Shown: positions 10,390 through 20,291 of the stretch, one piece after another | Position numbering within the stretch: the stretch's first letter is position 1 | How the letters are laid out: each line of letters starts with the position of its first letter | Assembly: GCA_963702425.1 (NCBI GenBank) | Contig: CAVPCQ010000016.1 | Location: 1-64,000 of the forward strand | Reading direction: 5' to 3' | DNA from: an uncultured Acidobacteriota bacterium | Lineage (GTDB): Bacteria; Acidobacteriota; Polarisedimenticolia; J045 | DNA length: 64,000 bases | Notes under the pieces: generated by a model | Databases searched by the model: none | The model's input: the letters and a program-made list of their open reading frames with translations, nothing else | Told to the model about the DNA's origin: nothing | Translations under genes and position numbers: made by a program

Positions 10390-11802
10390 TCAGTCGAGCA
10401 CGACCGGCTGGCCCGGCGCCAGCGCCTCGACCCGCGGGATGCCGGCCTGCCGGAGGTGGTCGGCCAGGTGGGCCTGGGCGCCGGGCTCGCCATGGACCAG
10501 GAAGACCCCCTTCAGGCGACTGCGGTCGAGTTGCCCGACCCACTCGCCGATCTCGCGGTAGTCGGCGTGCGCGGAGAAACAGCCGAGCGACCGGACCTCC
10601 GCGTGCACGCGGTGCGGTTCGCCGAAGATCCTGACCTCTTCGGCCCCGTCCACCAGCCGTCGCCCGAGCGTCGCCGCTCCCTGGAAGCCGACGAAGAGCA
10701 CCGTGTTGCGCGGGTCGCCCACGGCCTGGGAGAGGTGGTGCAGCACGCGGCCGGCCTCGGCCATCCCCGAGGAGGAAATGATGATGCAGGGTCCGTGGAG
10801 GTCGTTGATCCGCTTGGAGTCCTCGACCCGCGTGACGTAGCGCAGGCGGTCGAACGCGAACGGGCTCTCCCCGTGGTCGAGGAATTCCTCGACCGTCTCG
10901 CTGTCGAAGCACTCGGGGTGGGCGCGGAATATCGCGGTGGCCGAGACCGCCATCGGGCTGTCGACGAACACCGGCAGCGGCGGGATCTTCCCGTCACGGT
11001 GGAGACAATGCAGCAGGTAGACCACTTCCTGCGTCCGGCCGACCGCGAACGACGGGATGATCAACCGGCCACCGCGCGCCGCGGTGTCGCGCACGATCGC
11101 GCCGAGCTGCTCTTCCCCGTCGCAGGCCGCCTCGTGCAGCCGGTCGCCGTAGGTGCTCTCGCAGACCAGCCAGTCGACGGGAGGGAGCGGCTCCGGGTCG
11201 CGCAGGATCGGCGTGTTCTTCCGGCCGAGGTCGCCGGTGAACCCGACCGCCAGCTCCCGCTCACCGGCCCGGATTTCGAACCGCGCGGTGGCCGAGCCGA
11301 GGATGTGGCCGGCGTCGAAGAGCGTGACCGTCACGCCGGGCGCGATCGCGAACGGTCGCTGATACGAGACGGTGACGAACCGCTCGAGGGCGCGCCGCGC
11401 GTCCTTCGCGTCGTACAGCGGCTCGTAGACCGTGCGCCACGGCTGCGGGTCCTTGCGCTGGCGCTTGCGCAGGTAGGCGGCGTCCTGGACCTGGATCTTG
11501 GCCGCGTCGAGCATGACCAGGCCGGCCACGTCCCGGGTCGCCGGGGTGGCGACGATGTTCCCCTCGAACCCGTCGCGGACCAGCCGGGGATAGAGCCCGC
11601 AGTGGTCGAGATGGCCGTGGGTCGAGAGGCTCGCGGTGATGCTCCGCGGGTCGAACCCGAACGCCTCGTTCTTCCGGCGGGACTCCTCGCGGCGGCCCTG
11701 GAACATGCCGCAGTCGACGAGGATCCGGTTTCTACCGGTGTCCAGGATGTGCTTGCTGCCGGTCACCTCGCCGGCGGCGCCCCACGATTCGATGCGGATC
11801 AT
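10390..11802 (-). CDS. Metallo-beta-lactamase/beta-CASP ribonuclease-like hydrolase (YSH1 family)
   Basis: Motifs GAAGEVTGS, VDCGMFQG, THGHLDHCG, AGHILGSA, ESTYGDRLH, AVGRTQE and FSAHAD. Confidence 0.93.
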   Translation of the reverse strand: MIRIESWGAAGEVTGSKHILDTGRNRILVDCGMFQGRREESRRKNEAFGFDPRSITASLSTHGHLDHCGLYPRLVRDGFEGNIVATPATRDVAGLVMLDAAKIQVQDAAYLRKRQRKDPQPWRTVYEPLYDAKDARRALERFVTVSYQRPFAIAPGVTVTLFDAGHILGSATARFEIRAGERELAVGFTGDLGRKNTPILRDPEPLPPVDWLVCESTYGDRLHEAACDGEEQLGAIVRDTAARGGRLIIPSFAVGRTQEVVYLLHCLHRDGKIPPLPVFVDSPMAVSATAIFRAHPECFDSETVEEFLDHGESPFAFDRLRYVTRVEDSKRINDLHGPCIIISSSGMAEAGRVLHHLSQAVGDPRNTVLFVGFQGAATLGRRLVDGAEEVRIFGEPHRVHAEVRSLGCFSAHADYREIGEWVGQLDRSRLKGVFLVHGEPGAQAHLADHLRQAGIPRVEALAPGQPVVLD

Positions 11803-11812
11803 GCCGCGCAGA

Positions 11813-14446
11813 TTAGCGCGGACGGAGGGCTTTCGTCTCGACCCAGTGCGCCAGGGCACAGCGCGTGCGGTAGGAGTCGCAGGCAAAGGCGCCGTCGCAG
11901 CCCGCGGCGCTCTCGCCGGCGACGGCCAGCGCCCAGAGCTGCTTGAGGAACGCCACGTCCCCCTCCGCCTCGGGTACCGTCGGCTCGGTCCCGGTCGGCT
12001 CGAGCCGGGCGTCGTCGGGGACGACGGTGCGCGCCAGCCGGAACTCGTCGTGCCGCCGGACCCCCTCCATCAGGAGCGCGATCGCGTCGAGCGGCTCCGG
12101 CTCGGGGGCGCCCACCGCCAGGTCGTCGCCCGGAGCGCCGAACGTGAAGCGACCCGGCACGGGCAGCTCGAGCAGTTGGTAGACCGCCGCCTCCCCGCGC
12201 AGGCGCCCCGCCGCGGCCGCGGCCACGCGCCCGGCTTCCAGCCGCAGGGCGCCGAGGGTACCCCCCTCCCGGTCGCGCAGCGTGAGGGTCCCGGTGACCT
12301 GCGTCGAGGACAGCGATTGCAGGAGGTTCGGCAGGCCGAAGAGGTCGATGTCGCCGCTCATCGCCGAGGCCGCCGCGGCCGGCGTCGGCGGCATCGGCGG
12401 CGTCGCGAAGCCCCCCGTCGTCGTGGCCGGGACCGCGGCTCCGGACGGCGGGGATCCGGCGCGCGGGTTCGCGGCCCCGGGCGCGGCCGGACCCGAGCGG
12501 GGGGCGGGCGCCGCCAGCACCTTGGCCGCGGTGCGGCCGAACTCCTCCTGGGGAAAACGCCGCGCAATGCTCTGCAGCGCTTCCCGAGCCTGCGGAGCCG
12601 CGCTTCCGGCCAGGGCCTGGATCAGTGCGCCGATCCGATCGACGCGCGGTTTGACGACGAACTTGAGCAGCTTGCGCGGCAGCTCGTTCTCGAGCGCGCC
12701 GACCAGCGCCTCGACCAACTCTCGGTCGGCGGAAAGGTCGATCCGGGCCAGGACGGCGAGCCGGCCGATCGCGTGCCCGAGCTTCGGCTCCTCGCGGAAG
12801 GCGTGGTTGACGACGATCCGCGCGGCGCTCCTGGTTTCCTGCGCCGCGAGCGCGGCCACCACCCGGTCGAGCAACCCGCGCATCTCGCTCTCGGGATACG
12901 ACGCGCGGTAAACCGGATTGAGCAGCGCACCCTCGACGTGGTCCAGCAGCGTGCCGAGGGCCTGCTCGGCGCGCGCGTCGCGCACGCTGCCGAGCGCGCC
13001 GATCGTCTCCTTCACCACCATCAGCGGGTGGTGGAGGGTCGACAGCGCGATGAAGTGGTCGAGCTCGCGCTCCGGGCTCTCGTCGGGCGCGCGCGGGAGG
13101 CGTCGCAGCAGGAAGACGAGATTCCGGCGGAAGAACCCCTGCTCGTCCGGCAGGCCGCGCGAGGCGACGAGGTCGAGGCAGGACAGCACCGCCGCGCGTG
13201 CCGCGCTGCCGTGCGCCCGGAGGATGCCGAGCAGGAATTGCCGGCGCTCACGCTTCGGTTCCTCCTGCAGCTCGGCGAGCTGCCGCTCCGGACCCATCGC
13301 CGGGAAGAACTCGAGGACCTCGCGCAGCAGCGGGTGGTTCTCGGGCTTGGCGGCGGCGTGCGCCAGCTTCTCCTCGGAAAAGGCACGGGCCGATCGGTCG
13401 AGAATCGTCGCCAGCGTCCCCGGTGCGATCCGTTTGTTCTCGATGATCTCGCGTCCGACCGCCAGGATCGACGCGCACTGGGCGAGCGCTCCCTCGTTGA
13501 ACCGCTCGGCAGCAGCGATCAGCAGCTCGTGGAAGCGCTTGGCCGTCTCGTGCTCGTCGTCCGCGACCTCGACCAGCCGGCGCATCGCTTCCATGGTCCT
13601 GTTCTTCGGCAGCTCGACCGCGTCGCGTCCGTCGGCGGACTTGAGCACCCAGCCCGGCATCTGCTGGCCGAGTGATCTGAGCAGCTCGCCGACCGGCGTA
13701 TGGACGCCCCTCTGCCCGATCTTCTCCAGTTGGGCCGCCAGTTCGTCGGGCGAGTGAGCCCACACCGCAGCGGCCGCGACCAGATCGGAAAGCGCGTCGG
13801 TGCAACGGCCGGCCGCGGACGCCGTCCCTTCGGCACGCTGCAGCTGCTGTTCCAGGCGCTCCGTGATCAGCGCCATCCTGGGCATGTCCTGCGCGCGCTC
13901 CCGCTCGGCGGACGACGCGGAGACGGCCGGGACGGCGGAGGGCGCGACGCCGTGCGCGGTCAGGACCCGCGACTGGTCGGGCGCGGCGGCGGGCGCGATC
14001 GGCCCCGTCGGTTGCGGGCCCGTGGAGCCGGGTGGCCGGTGCAGGAAGTGCACCGTGGCGGCGAGCGATGGGCCGCTGTCGCCGAGGTGCCGGAGCGACC
14101 CGGCGAGACGCCCGCGCTCGCCGGTCGGGCAGTGCTCGAGCAGCAGCTGCGCCAGCTGCCCGATGAATCCGTCGATCTCCTGGCGCGGCACCAGATCGAG
14201 CTCGCCGAGGTGGCGGAGTTTCCTGAGCGAGTGGAAGGCGCCGTCGGAGAAGCTGAGCTGCTGATGCACGCCGCGATTCTGCGAATAGGCCCAGTCGTAG
14301 ATCGCCTTCGCGGCCAGCGGCGGCGGGCAGAGCATGAGCGTGCGGATCGAGTCGGCCGCCATCAGCGGGGCCAGCTCGTCGGAGAGGTAGCGCCCGAGCT
14401 CCCACAACGCGTCGCGGACGTCCTCTTCGCGGATCGAATCCGTCAT
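11813..14446 (-). CDS. Large helical (HEAT-like) protein with a C-terminal DUF4388/PATAN-like domain
   Basis: C-terminal MSGDIDLFGLPNLLQSL...TGTLTL...GEAAVYQLL...GRFTF...LLMEGVRRHDE, preceded by a Pro/Ala linker. Confidence 0.75.
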   Translation of the reverse strand: MTDSIREEDVRDALWELGRYLSDELAPLMAADSIRTLMLCPPPLAAKAIYDWAYSQNRGVHQQLSFSDGAFHSLRKLRHLGELDLVPRQEIDGFIGQLAQLLLEHCPTGERGRLAGSLRHLGDSGPSLAATVHFLHRPPGSTGPQPTGPIAPAAAPDQSRVLTAHGVAPSAVPAVSASSAERERAQDMPRMALITERLEQQLQRAEGTASAAGRCTDALSDLVAAAAVWAHSPDELAAQLEKIGQRGVHTPVGELLRSLGQQMPGWVLKSADGRDAVELPKNRTMEAMRRLVEVADDEHETAKRFHELLIAAAERFNEGALAQCASILAVGREIIENKRIAPGTLATILDRSARAFSEEKLAHAAAKPENHPLLREVLEFFPAMGPERQLAELQEEPKRERRQFLLGILRAHGSAARAAVLSCLDLVASRGLPDEQGFFRRNLVFLLRRLPRAPDESPERELDHFIALSTLHHPLMVVKETIGALGSVRDARAEQALGTLLDHVEGALLNPVYRASYPESEMRGLLDRVVAALAAQETRSAARIVVNHAFREEPKLGHAIGRLAVLARIDLSADRELVEALVGALENELPRKLLKFVVKPRVDRIGALIQALAGSAAPQAREALQSIARRFPQEEFGRTAAKVLAAPAPRSGPAAPGAANPRAGSPPSGAAVPATTTGGFATPPMPPTPAAAASAMSGDIDLFGLPNLLQSLSSTQVTGTLTLRDREGGTLGALRLEAGRVAAAAAGRLRGEAAVYQLLELPVPGRFTFGAPGDDLAVGAPEPEPLDAIALLMEGVRRHDEFRLARTVVPDDARLEPTGTEPTVPEAEGDVAFLKQLWALAVAGESAAGCDGAFACDSYRTRCALAHWVETKALRPR

Positions 14447-14620
14447 CCACCGCCCTCGCGGCGCTTCGGCCGCTCGGCTCAAGGGGCACACGCCGCCGCC
14501 GGGCCTGGCGGCCGGAGGCGGCGTCCCACAGGTTCAATCTGGTTCGGCGATATTCGCCCGTCAAGGCGGGCCGCGTTGCCGCAACCCGGCGCCCGGCGGA
14601 CATTTGAACCGGTTCGGGGG

Positions 14621-14636
14621 CGACCCCGAAGGGTCG
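14621..14636 (-). terminator. C(UUCG)G-tetraloop hairpin just downstream of the protease stop codon
   Basis: The minus strand reads CGACCC-TTCG-GGGTCG, 7 nt after the stop. There is no clear U-tract. Confidence 0.35.
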
Positions 14637-14643
14637 GGACGAG

Positions 14644-17274
14644 TTACGGGCAGGCCGCCCCGGGGGCGGCGGGCAGCCGCTCGATTCCCGCGCTGCTCCG
14701 ACCGTAGGACCCGTCGCCGGCGGCGTTGCGGGCAACGACCAGGAAGCCCTGCTGGGACGTGAGGGCCGCCAGCTGGGCGCCCGTGCCGGTGCCGAGGTCG
14801 GCCTCGCAGGTGGCCGAGACGGACACTCCGAGCGGCGTGCGGTAGAGCCGATAGGAGGCCGGCGCGGCACCCGACGGCGGGACCGACCAGTCGAGGCGGT
14901 AGCCGCTGACCAGGCGCCGGATCGTGAACGGCGCGCCGACGCCTCGGGGGTCGGAGGCTTCCCCCGGGGCCATGGCGATCGGATGGCAGGTCCAGCTCGT
15001 CGAGTCGATGATGACGTCGTCGATCCACCAGCCGAGGCCAGAAATCGCGACGTCGGCGGCGAACCGCCAGCGGAACCGGACGCTCCGGCCCGCGAGGCCG
15101 CTCAGGTCGGCGACCACCTCGCCCCATCCGGCCGACAGGCCGCTCCAGGCGTCACGCCCCGCCAGCACGGAATCGATACCGGAGTTGATGCTCGCCGGAT
15201 AGCCGCCGGAGGTGATCAGCGGCCCGGCGTCGGTCCAGGCTCCGCCGTCCGCGCTGTACTCGAGCACCCCGCCGTCGTAGTCGGCTTCGGTGTCGTAGCG
15301 GTGCCAGAAGCGGAGCCTGGCCGCGGCGGGAAGCGCGCCCAGCGGCTGCATCAGGAGCAGCGCCTCGGACCGCCCCCCGGGGTCGTTGACGAACCAGGCG
15401 TGCGTCGGACTGTGCGCGGAGCTGGTCGCGATCGAGAACGCGGCGGTTCCTGCGACCGTCTGCGTCGTCCAGCCCCCCGCGCCGGCCTCCACGTCGTCGG
15501 AGAAGAGACCGATCACGACCGGCGCGCCGACCGTCAGCGAGAACCTGGAGCTCCAGGCGCTCGGGGCCTCACGGGCGGCGGTGTCGAGCTGGAACGCGAG
15601 CTTCGTTCCGCAGGCGACCGCGGGGTCGAGCTGCACCGTGAAGTGCGGTGAGGACGACTCGCGCTGCTGTCCGGCCGGGATGTCGGGCCAAAGCGCAGCG
15701 CGGTCCGGCAACCCGACGAGGGGGGTCGTCGTGGAGAGCGTCCCCGAGACGGCCGTCGCACCGAGCGTGCCGGAGTTCAGTTCGGTCACCTTCAGCTTGA
15801 AGGTCTCGCCCGGGTCGGCCACCGCGTCGGCGTTGCCCGCGGCGTCGTCGACGAGGCTCGACACGTACTCGAGCTGTGGCCACGGCATCCGGCAGAAGTC
15901 GTCGTCCAGGCCGTCCTGGACCACGGCGCCGGTACCGGACGGATCGAGCCAGCCCGAAAGGCGCGACGCGGCCGTTCCGCCGCCGGTCCACGACCGGTCG
16001 AGCTTCCCGTACTCGTCCCACATCTGCGACGGCGAAGCCCCACAGCTGGAGCCGCCGCCGTGGAGCTGTCCGACGATCCGGCTGGCCGGGTCGAAGAGCG
16101 GTGAGCCGGACGATCCGCCTTCCGTCACCCCTTCGCTGTGGTCCGTGGGCCAGCGGACGCGCCAGTGATCGGGGCCGTAGAAGGTGCCGTCGATCAGGGG
16201 GCTGGGCGAGTGCGAGATCTTCTTCACGTCGCCATTGGGGTGGTGGATCCCCCACGCCTGCGCGGCCGGCGTGGAGGAGCGGGTCCAGCCGTTGTAGTAC
16301 GCGTTGAATGCCTCGGGGACCGGCTGGTTGAGCTCGACGAGCGTGAAGTCGGAGGTGTTCCAGGTCGCGCGCAGCGTCGAGCCGGTGACGGTCTGGTTCT
16401 TCGGGCCGGTGCCCGAGCCGCAGAGAGCGCGCTCGTAGTTGAACTGGTACGTCGTCGAGCTCGCCTTGCCCGCGCTGCCGAGGCAGTGCGCCGCGGTGAG
16501 GACGAAGTTCCGGCAGTCGCGCGCGGTCGTCGCGATCAGCGAACCGGAGCAGTAGGTGCTGCCGCCCGAGAGCAGGTTGACCACCCCGCGCTTCTCGTCC
16601 TGCCAGACCGCGCCGGCCGGGCAGTTGACGTCGATGTTGCAGGCCCCGGACGAGGCGTCCGGCTCGGCGGCCTTGGGGGCCCGCCCGATCGCGCCCCACG
16701 GCTCGTAGCCGTGCGAGAGCGTGCCGAGCGCGACCTGCGGCACCGTGTCGCGCGCCGCTGCCGGCCAGTCGAGTTCGATCACCAGCTCGTCCCCCTCGAC
16801 CGGCGGGAGCCAGAGCCGGCCGTGATCGCGCTCGTCGGCGCTGGTGAAGGGGCCGAGGATCCGGCCGCGATCCGGCGTGTAGATCCAGAGCTCCGCTCCG
16901 TCCGCGGGGCGGAAGACGCCGAACCCCAGCACGGTCCAGAGCGCGCCGGGGCTGGCGACGCGCAGGCGCCAGACGCGGCTGCCATCGGGGAGGTCCTCCC
17001 ACGCGCCGGCACGCCCCGGGCGCAGCGCGGCTTTCATCGGGAAGCCGGCGCGGGGGGGCCGGTCCTTGAAGCCGGAGGCCGCCGCGGCGGCGTCCTCGGT
17101 CCGAAGGCGGGCGACGTCGACCGCGGGCGCCGTCCAGCGCGGCACCGACGAGGCGGGAGCGAGCGCCGCCTCGCGGTACGAGCGTGGCGCGGTCCCGCCC
17201 ATGGCGAGACCGGCAGCCGCCGGGAGCAGCAGGAAGGCGGCGGCCAGGCGAGCGAGCGAGCGGAATCGGATCAC
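14644..17274 (-). CDS. Secreted trypsin-like serine protease (lysyl endopeptidase/Achromobacter protease I-like) with C-terminal beta-sandwich domains
   Basis: Signal peptide and propeptide, then SGACNIDVNC, CSGSLI, LTAAHC (His), SDFTL (Asp), IHHP.GDVKKIS and TEGGSSGSPLF (Ser). C-terminal RFWHRYDTE..YDGGVLEYS...GWWIDDV. Confidence 0.88.
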   Translation of the reverse strand: MIRFRSLARLAAAFLLLPAAAGLAMGGTAPRSYREAALAPASSVPRWTAPAVDVARLRTEDAAAAASGFKDRPPRAGFPMKAALRPGRAGAWEDLPDGSRVWRLRVASPGALWTVLGFGVFRPADGAELWIYTPDRGRILGPFTSADERDHGRLWLPPVEGDELVIELDWPAAARDTVPQVALGTLSHGYEPWGAIGRAPKAAEPDASSGACNIDVNCPAGAVWQDEKRGVVNLLSGGSTYCSGSLIATTARDCRNFVLTAAHCLGSAGKASSTTYQFNYERALCGSGTGPKNQTVTGSTLRATWNTSDFTLVELNQPVPEAFNAYYNGWTRSSTPAAQAWGIHHPNGDVKKISHSPSPLIDGTFYGPDHWRVRWPTDHSEGVTEGGSSGSPLFDPASRIVGQLHGGGSSCGASPSQMWDEYGKLDRSWTGGGTAASRLSGWLDPSGTGAVVQDGLDDDFCRMPWPQLEYVSSLVDDAAGNADAVADPGETFKLKVTELNSGTLGATAVSGTLSTTTPLVGLPDRAALWPDIPAGQQRESSSPHFTVQLDPAVACGTKLAFQLDTAAREAPSAWSSRFSLTVGAPVVIGLFSDDVEAGAGGWTTQTVAGTAAFSIATSSAHSPTHAWFVNDPGGRSEALLLMQPLGALPAAARLRFWHRYDTEADYDGGVLEYSADGGAWTDAGPLITSGGYPASINSGIDSVLAGRDAWSGLSAGWGEVVADLSGLAGRSVRFRWRFAADVAISGLGWWIDDVIIDSTSWTCHPIAMAPGEASDPRGVGAPFTIRRLVSGYRLDWSVPPSGAAPASYRLYRTPLGVSVSATCEADLGTGTGAQLAALTSQQGFLVVARNAAGDGSYGRSSAGIERLPAAPGAACP

Positions 17275-17355
17275 GGTTCTCCTGGCTTCGGGTCCGGCCG
17301 GCAAGGGTACCGCGATCCCTGCCGGGGAGCAGACCCCGGGGCGTCTCGGTCGGCT

Positions 17356-19335
17356 TCAGGAGGGCGGAACGACCCACTCGGCCAGCGGCCGCAGGTGGCG
17401 GCCAGCGAGCACGTGGAAGGTCCGAAGCCGGCGCAGCCGGTCCGGCGAGAACACCCCGGGCCGCAGGTGCACGATCCGACGGGAGAGCCGGCGCGCCAGC
17501 GCACTCACCTCCGGACGTGGCGCGCGCGGCGCGACGTAGACCACCAGCGCCTTCTCCGAGTAGTCGAGCGCCGCCACCAGCAGTCGCTCGGCCTTGCCGC
17601 GGCAGAAGCGATAGGCCGGGTCGTTCCAGATGTCGCCGAGCCGCAGCGGAGGCCAGGTCAGCATGAAGCCTCCGTACTCCGCGCGATGGATGCCCGGAGC
17701 GATCGCGCCCGGCTCCGGATCGGTCGCGTAGAAGGCCATGTCGGATTCGTTCTGGTGCTCACCATGCCAGGCGACCGCCCACGGGAACCGGGGGCGTGCG
17801 CCGCCGCGGGGGGCGAGCTCCTCGTCGTCCCAGATCACGACGACCGCGCCGACCTCGCCCTTGGCCGTGATCTCCTCCCGCACGAACGGGCGCGTGTCGA
17901 TGAGACGGCGGCGCAGCGTCTCGCGCGCGTCGAGGCCGTCGAGCAGGCTGGCGACGAAGGGCACGACCTGGACGCCGGCCCGCGCGTCGCGGGCCGCACC
18001 GCGCTCGCAGAGATCGGTGCCGAGCGCTTCGACGATCACGTCCTCCGGCGGGAAGGAGCAGATCCCCGTCCCCTCACCGCCGAGAACGGCTTCGCGCAGC
18101 GCGTCGCGCAGGCTCGGTCGCCGCGCCAGTCGATCGATCCGCGGCCGCAGCGTCACGAGCCGCGCGCTGCGCCCGAGGTCCTGCGCCGACAGCCGCACGC
18201 CCCCTGCCGCTTCGTCGGCCCAGGGCCAGGCGGCGGCGAGCGCCAGCAGGTCGCGCGCGAAGCGATCGTCCACCGCGCCGCGCGCCGCGACGACCAGCTC
18301 GTAGAGGTCCGGGCAGAGCCGCCCCTCGAGCAGCGCGAGGTTGCGCGCGAAGGTGTGGAGCACCCGCCGCTCGGCGGGCGACGGCTCGTCGCTTCCCAGC
18401 TCGCGGGCGTGGCGGGCGGCCTGCTGGACGAGGCGGTAGAACAGGCGCGGGCGCGCCAGCAGGTCGTCGCCGCGGGCGCGCGCGGCGCGCTCTTCGACGA
18501 GCTCCGGGTCGGGGTGCGCAGCGTCGGGATCGGCGTCGGGGTCGGCGCCGGGGTCGGCTCCCGCGCCCGGGAAGCGGAGCAGCGTGCCGGCCTCGTGCGG
18601 ACGACCCGGGAGCGGGAAGACCGCCGGCTCCGCGCCGGCGCGGGCGCGCTCCCAGGCGAGCTGCACGAACGGCGGCTCGCCGAGCACCTCGACCAGGCTG
18701 TCGGGATCGAGCGGCATGAGGCCCGCGACCAGCGGGACCGGGCGCGCCAGCGGCGCCGCGGCGCCGCGCTCCAGCGCCGCCGTCACCCCCGCGAGGTGCG
18801 CGAGCCCCAGCACGACCGCGACCCGACGCCCGCCGCGGGCGGCCTGCGCGGCGGCGGCGGCGAGCGTGCGCTCGCGCGCGTCGTCGGCTGCGTCGCGCCG
18901 GAAGGGCGCGCGCGCGAGCAGGCGCACGACATAGGCCCGGTACCCGATGACCGGCAGGACGGCGGCGTCGGGGAGCAGGTCCGCGTGGGCCCCGTAGCGC
19001 GGCACGGCGAGGTCGCCGCAGACCCACTCGCGACCGTGCTCGACGGCCCAGCGCGTGGCCTCGACCGCCGGGTCGCAGGGCTCGGGGATCAACCAGGAGA
19101 TGCGGCCGGCAGCCTCGATCCGGATCGCCTGCAGCGTCGGCAGCGCCGCGACCGCGCGCCGCCAGGGATCGGCGAGCGCGCGCGGAAGCTCGAGCACGAC
19201 GCAGTCGGGGTCGAAGGCATCGAGGTGGGCCCGCACCGCGCGCGCGCACTCCAGCCGGCCGTGCAGCACCGGGAGCAGGCGGATCGCTTCCGGCTGCCAC
19301 GGCCAGGAGGACTCGTCCCAGTGCGGTGCCGTCAC
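17356..19335 (-). CDS. Conserved hypothetical MoxR-associated protein with a TraB/ChaN/YehM-like N-terminal fold
   Basis: Motifs LPVLHG, DPDCVVLELP, RERTLA and VAVVLGLAHL. Its GTG overlaps the MoxR stop (GTGA). Confidence 0.7.
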   Translation of the reverse strand: MTAPHWDESSWPWQPEAIRLLPVLHGRLECARAVRAHLDAFDPDCVVLELPRALADPWRRAVAALPTLQAIRIEAAGRISWLIPEPCDPAVEATRWAVEHGREWVCGDLAVPRYGAHADLLPDAAVLPVIGYRAYVVRLLARAPFRRDAADDARERTLAAAAAQAARGGRRVAVVLGLAHLAGVTAALERGAAAPLARPVPLVAGLMPLDPDSLVEVLGEPPFVQLAWERARAGAEPAVFPLPGRPHEAGTLLRFPGAGADPGADPDADPDAAHPDPELVEERAARARGDDLLARPRLFYRLVQQAARHARELGSDEPSPAERRVLHTFARNLALLEGRLCPDLYELVVAARGAVDDRFARDLLALAAAWPWADEAAGGVRLSAQDLGRSARLVTLRPRIDRLARRPSLRDALREAVLGGEGTGICSFPPEDVIVEALGTDLCERGAARDARAGVQVVPFVASLLDGLDARETLRRRLIDTRPFVREEITAKGEVGAVVVIWDDEELAPRGGARPRFPWAVAWHGEHQNESDMAFYATDPEPGAIAPGIHRAEYGGFMLTWPPLRLGDIWNDPAYRFCRGKAERLLVAALDYSEKALVVYVAPRAPRPEVSALARRLSRRIVHLRPGVFSPDRLRRLRTFHVLAGRHLRPLAEWVVPPS

Positions 19336-20201
19336 TCGGTGCCGCCCGGTCGGGGGCCGGGCCCTCCGTTCGCCGGGGGCATGAACTCGTGCGCGTCGTC
19401 GCCCAGCACCAGGGCCGCCGCCTCGGGCAGGCGTCCGATCGCGCCGGCCGCCCCCGCCCCGGACTGCTCGGCGCGCTTGAGCGCGTAGCGCGCGAGGTTG
19501 ATCCCGTCGCGCACCGAGTACGAGGCGTCGCGCTCGTGGGCCGTCTGGAGGAAGGCGACGACGTAGCGCAGCAGCTCGGGCGGCGCGAAGGGGAGGTTCG
19601 AGGCCAGGATCCGCAGTTCTTCCTCGGCATCCGGGTAGTCGACGACGATCCGCGGCAGGATCCGCGAGGCGATGTACTCCGGCAGGTCGTAGGTCGACGC
19701 GTCGTCGTTCATCGTCGTCGCGAAGCGGAAGTCGGGGTGGGCGTGGATCTTGATCCCGGCGACGATCGACTCGACGTAGCGCCGCTGGTCGAGCAGCGGG
19801 GCCAGCGAGGCCCACGCCTTCTCGCTCATCCGGTTCCCCTCGTCGAGCACGGCGACGCCGCCCTGGATCATCGCGCTGACGATGGTCGAGGCGACGTAGC
19901 GGATCGTGCCGCCGTCGCCGAGCACCGGGGTGACGATCAGGTCCTCCGGTCGGGTGTCGGCGGTGGCCTGGAAGAGGTAGACCTCGCGCCCCAGCCGCGC
20001 GGCCGCGGCGCAGGCGAGCGTCGTCTTGCCGACCCCGGGCCGACCGACGAGACGCGGGTTGAGCGGCAGATCCTCCGGCGCCAGCACCATCCACGCGGCG
20101 AGCAGTTGCCGGACGAGGTCGTCCTGCCCGACCCACTCCCCGGCGATCTCATCCGCTGGCGCGAGCGCGAGCTCCACCCCCTCGATGACGACCTTCTGCA
20201 T
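19332..20201 (-). CDS. MoxR-type AAA+ ATPase
   Basis: Walker A GRPGVGKTT, Walker B VAVLDEGNR, and HPDFRFATTMN. Confidence 0.9.
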   Translation of the reverse strand: MQKVVIEGVELALAPADEIAGEWVGQDDLVRQLLAAWMVLAPEDLPLNPRLVGRPGVGKTTLACAAAARLGREVYLFQATADTRPEDLIVTPVLGDGGTIRYVASTIVSAMIQGGVAVLDEGNRMSEKAWASLAPLLDQRRYVESIVAGIKIHAHPDFRFATTMNDDASTYDLPEYIASRILPRIVVDYPDAEEELRILASNLPFAPPELLRYVVAFLQTAHERDASYSVRDGINLARYALKRAEQSGAGAAGAIGRLPEAAALVLGDDAHEFMPPANGGPGPRPGGTE

Positions 20202-20291
20202 GCGCACCCTCCGAGCGCATTGTCGTCGGGGATCGCGGTCGGGGCCAGCCGGGAGAGCGGGGGGCGACCCGCGCGCGGGACGGGGCGCCGG

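Noticed and set aside
14530-14616. LexA box (GTTC/GAAC repeats)
   Set aside because: Spacings are GTTC-N6-GTTC and GAAC-N2-GTTC, matching neither GTTC-N7-GTTC nor GAAC-N4-GTTC.
18520-18562. 12-bp quasi-repeat (ADPG/ADPD) as a mobile or regulatory repeat
   Set aside because: It is a short low-complexity linker within a CDS and is not seen elsewhere in the window.
10390-20201. Anti-phage defence island (MBL nuclease, AAA ATPase, protease)
   Set aside because: Composition matches the rest of the window, there are no mobility genes, the protease is secreted, and the MBL protein is a common housekeeping-type beta-CASP enzyme.
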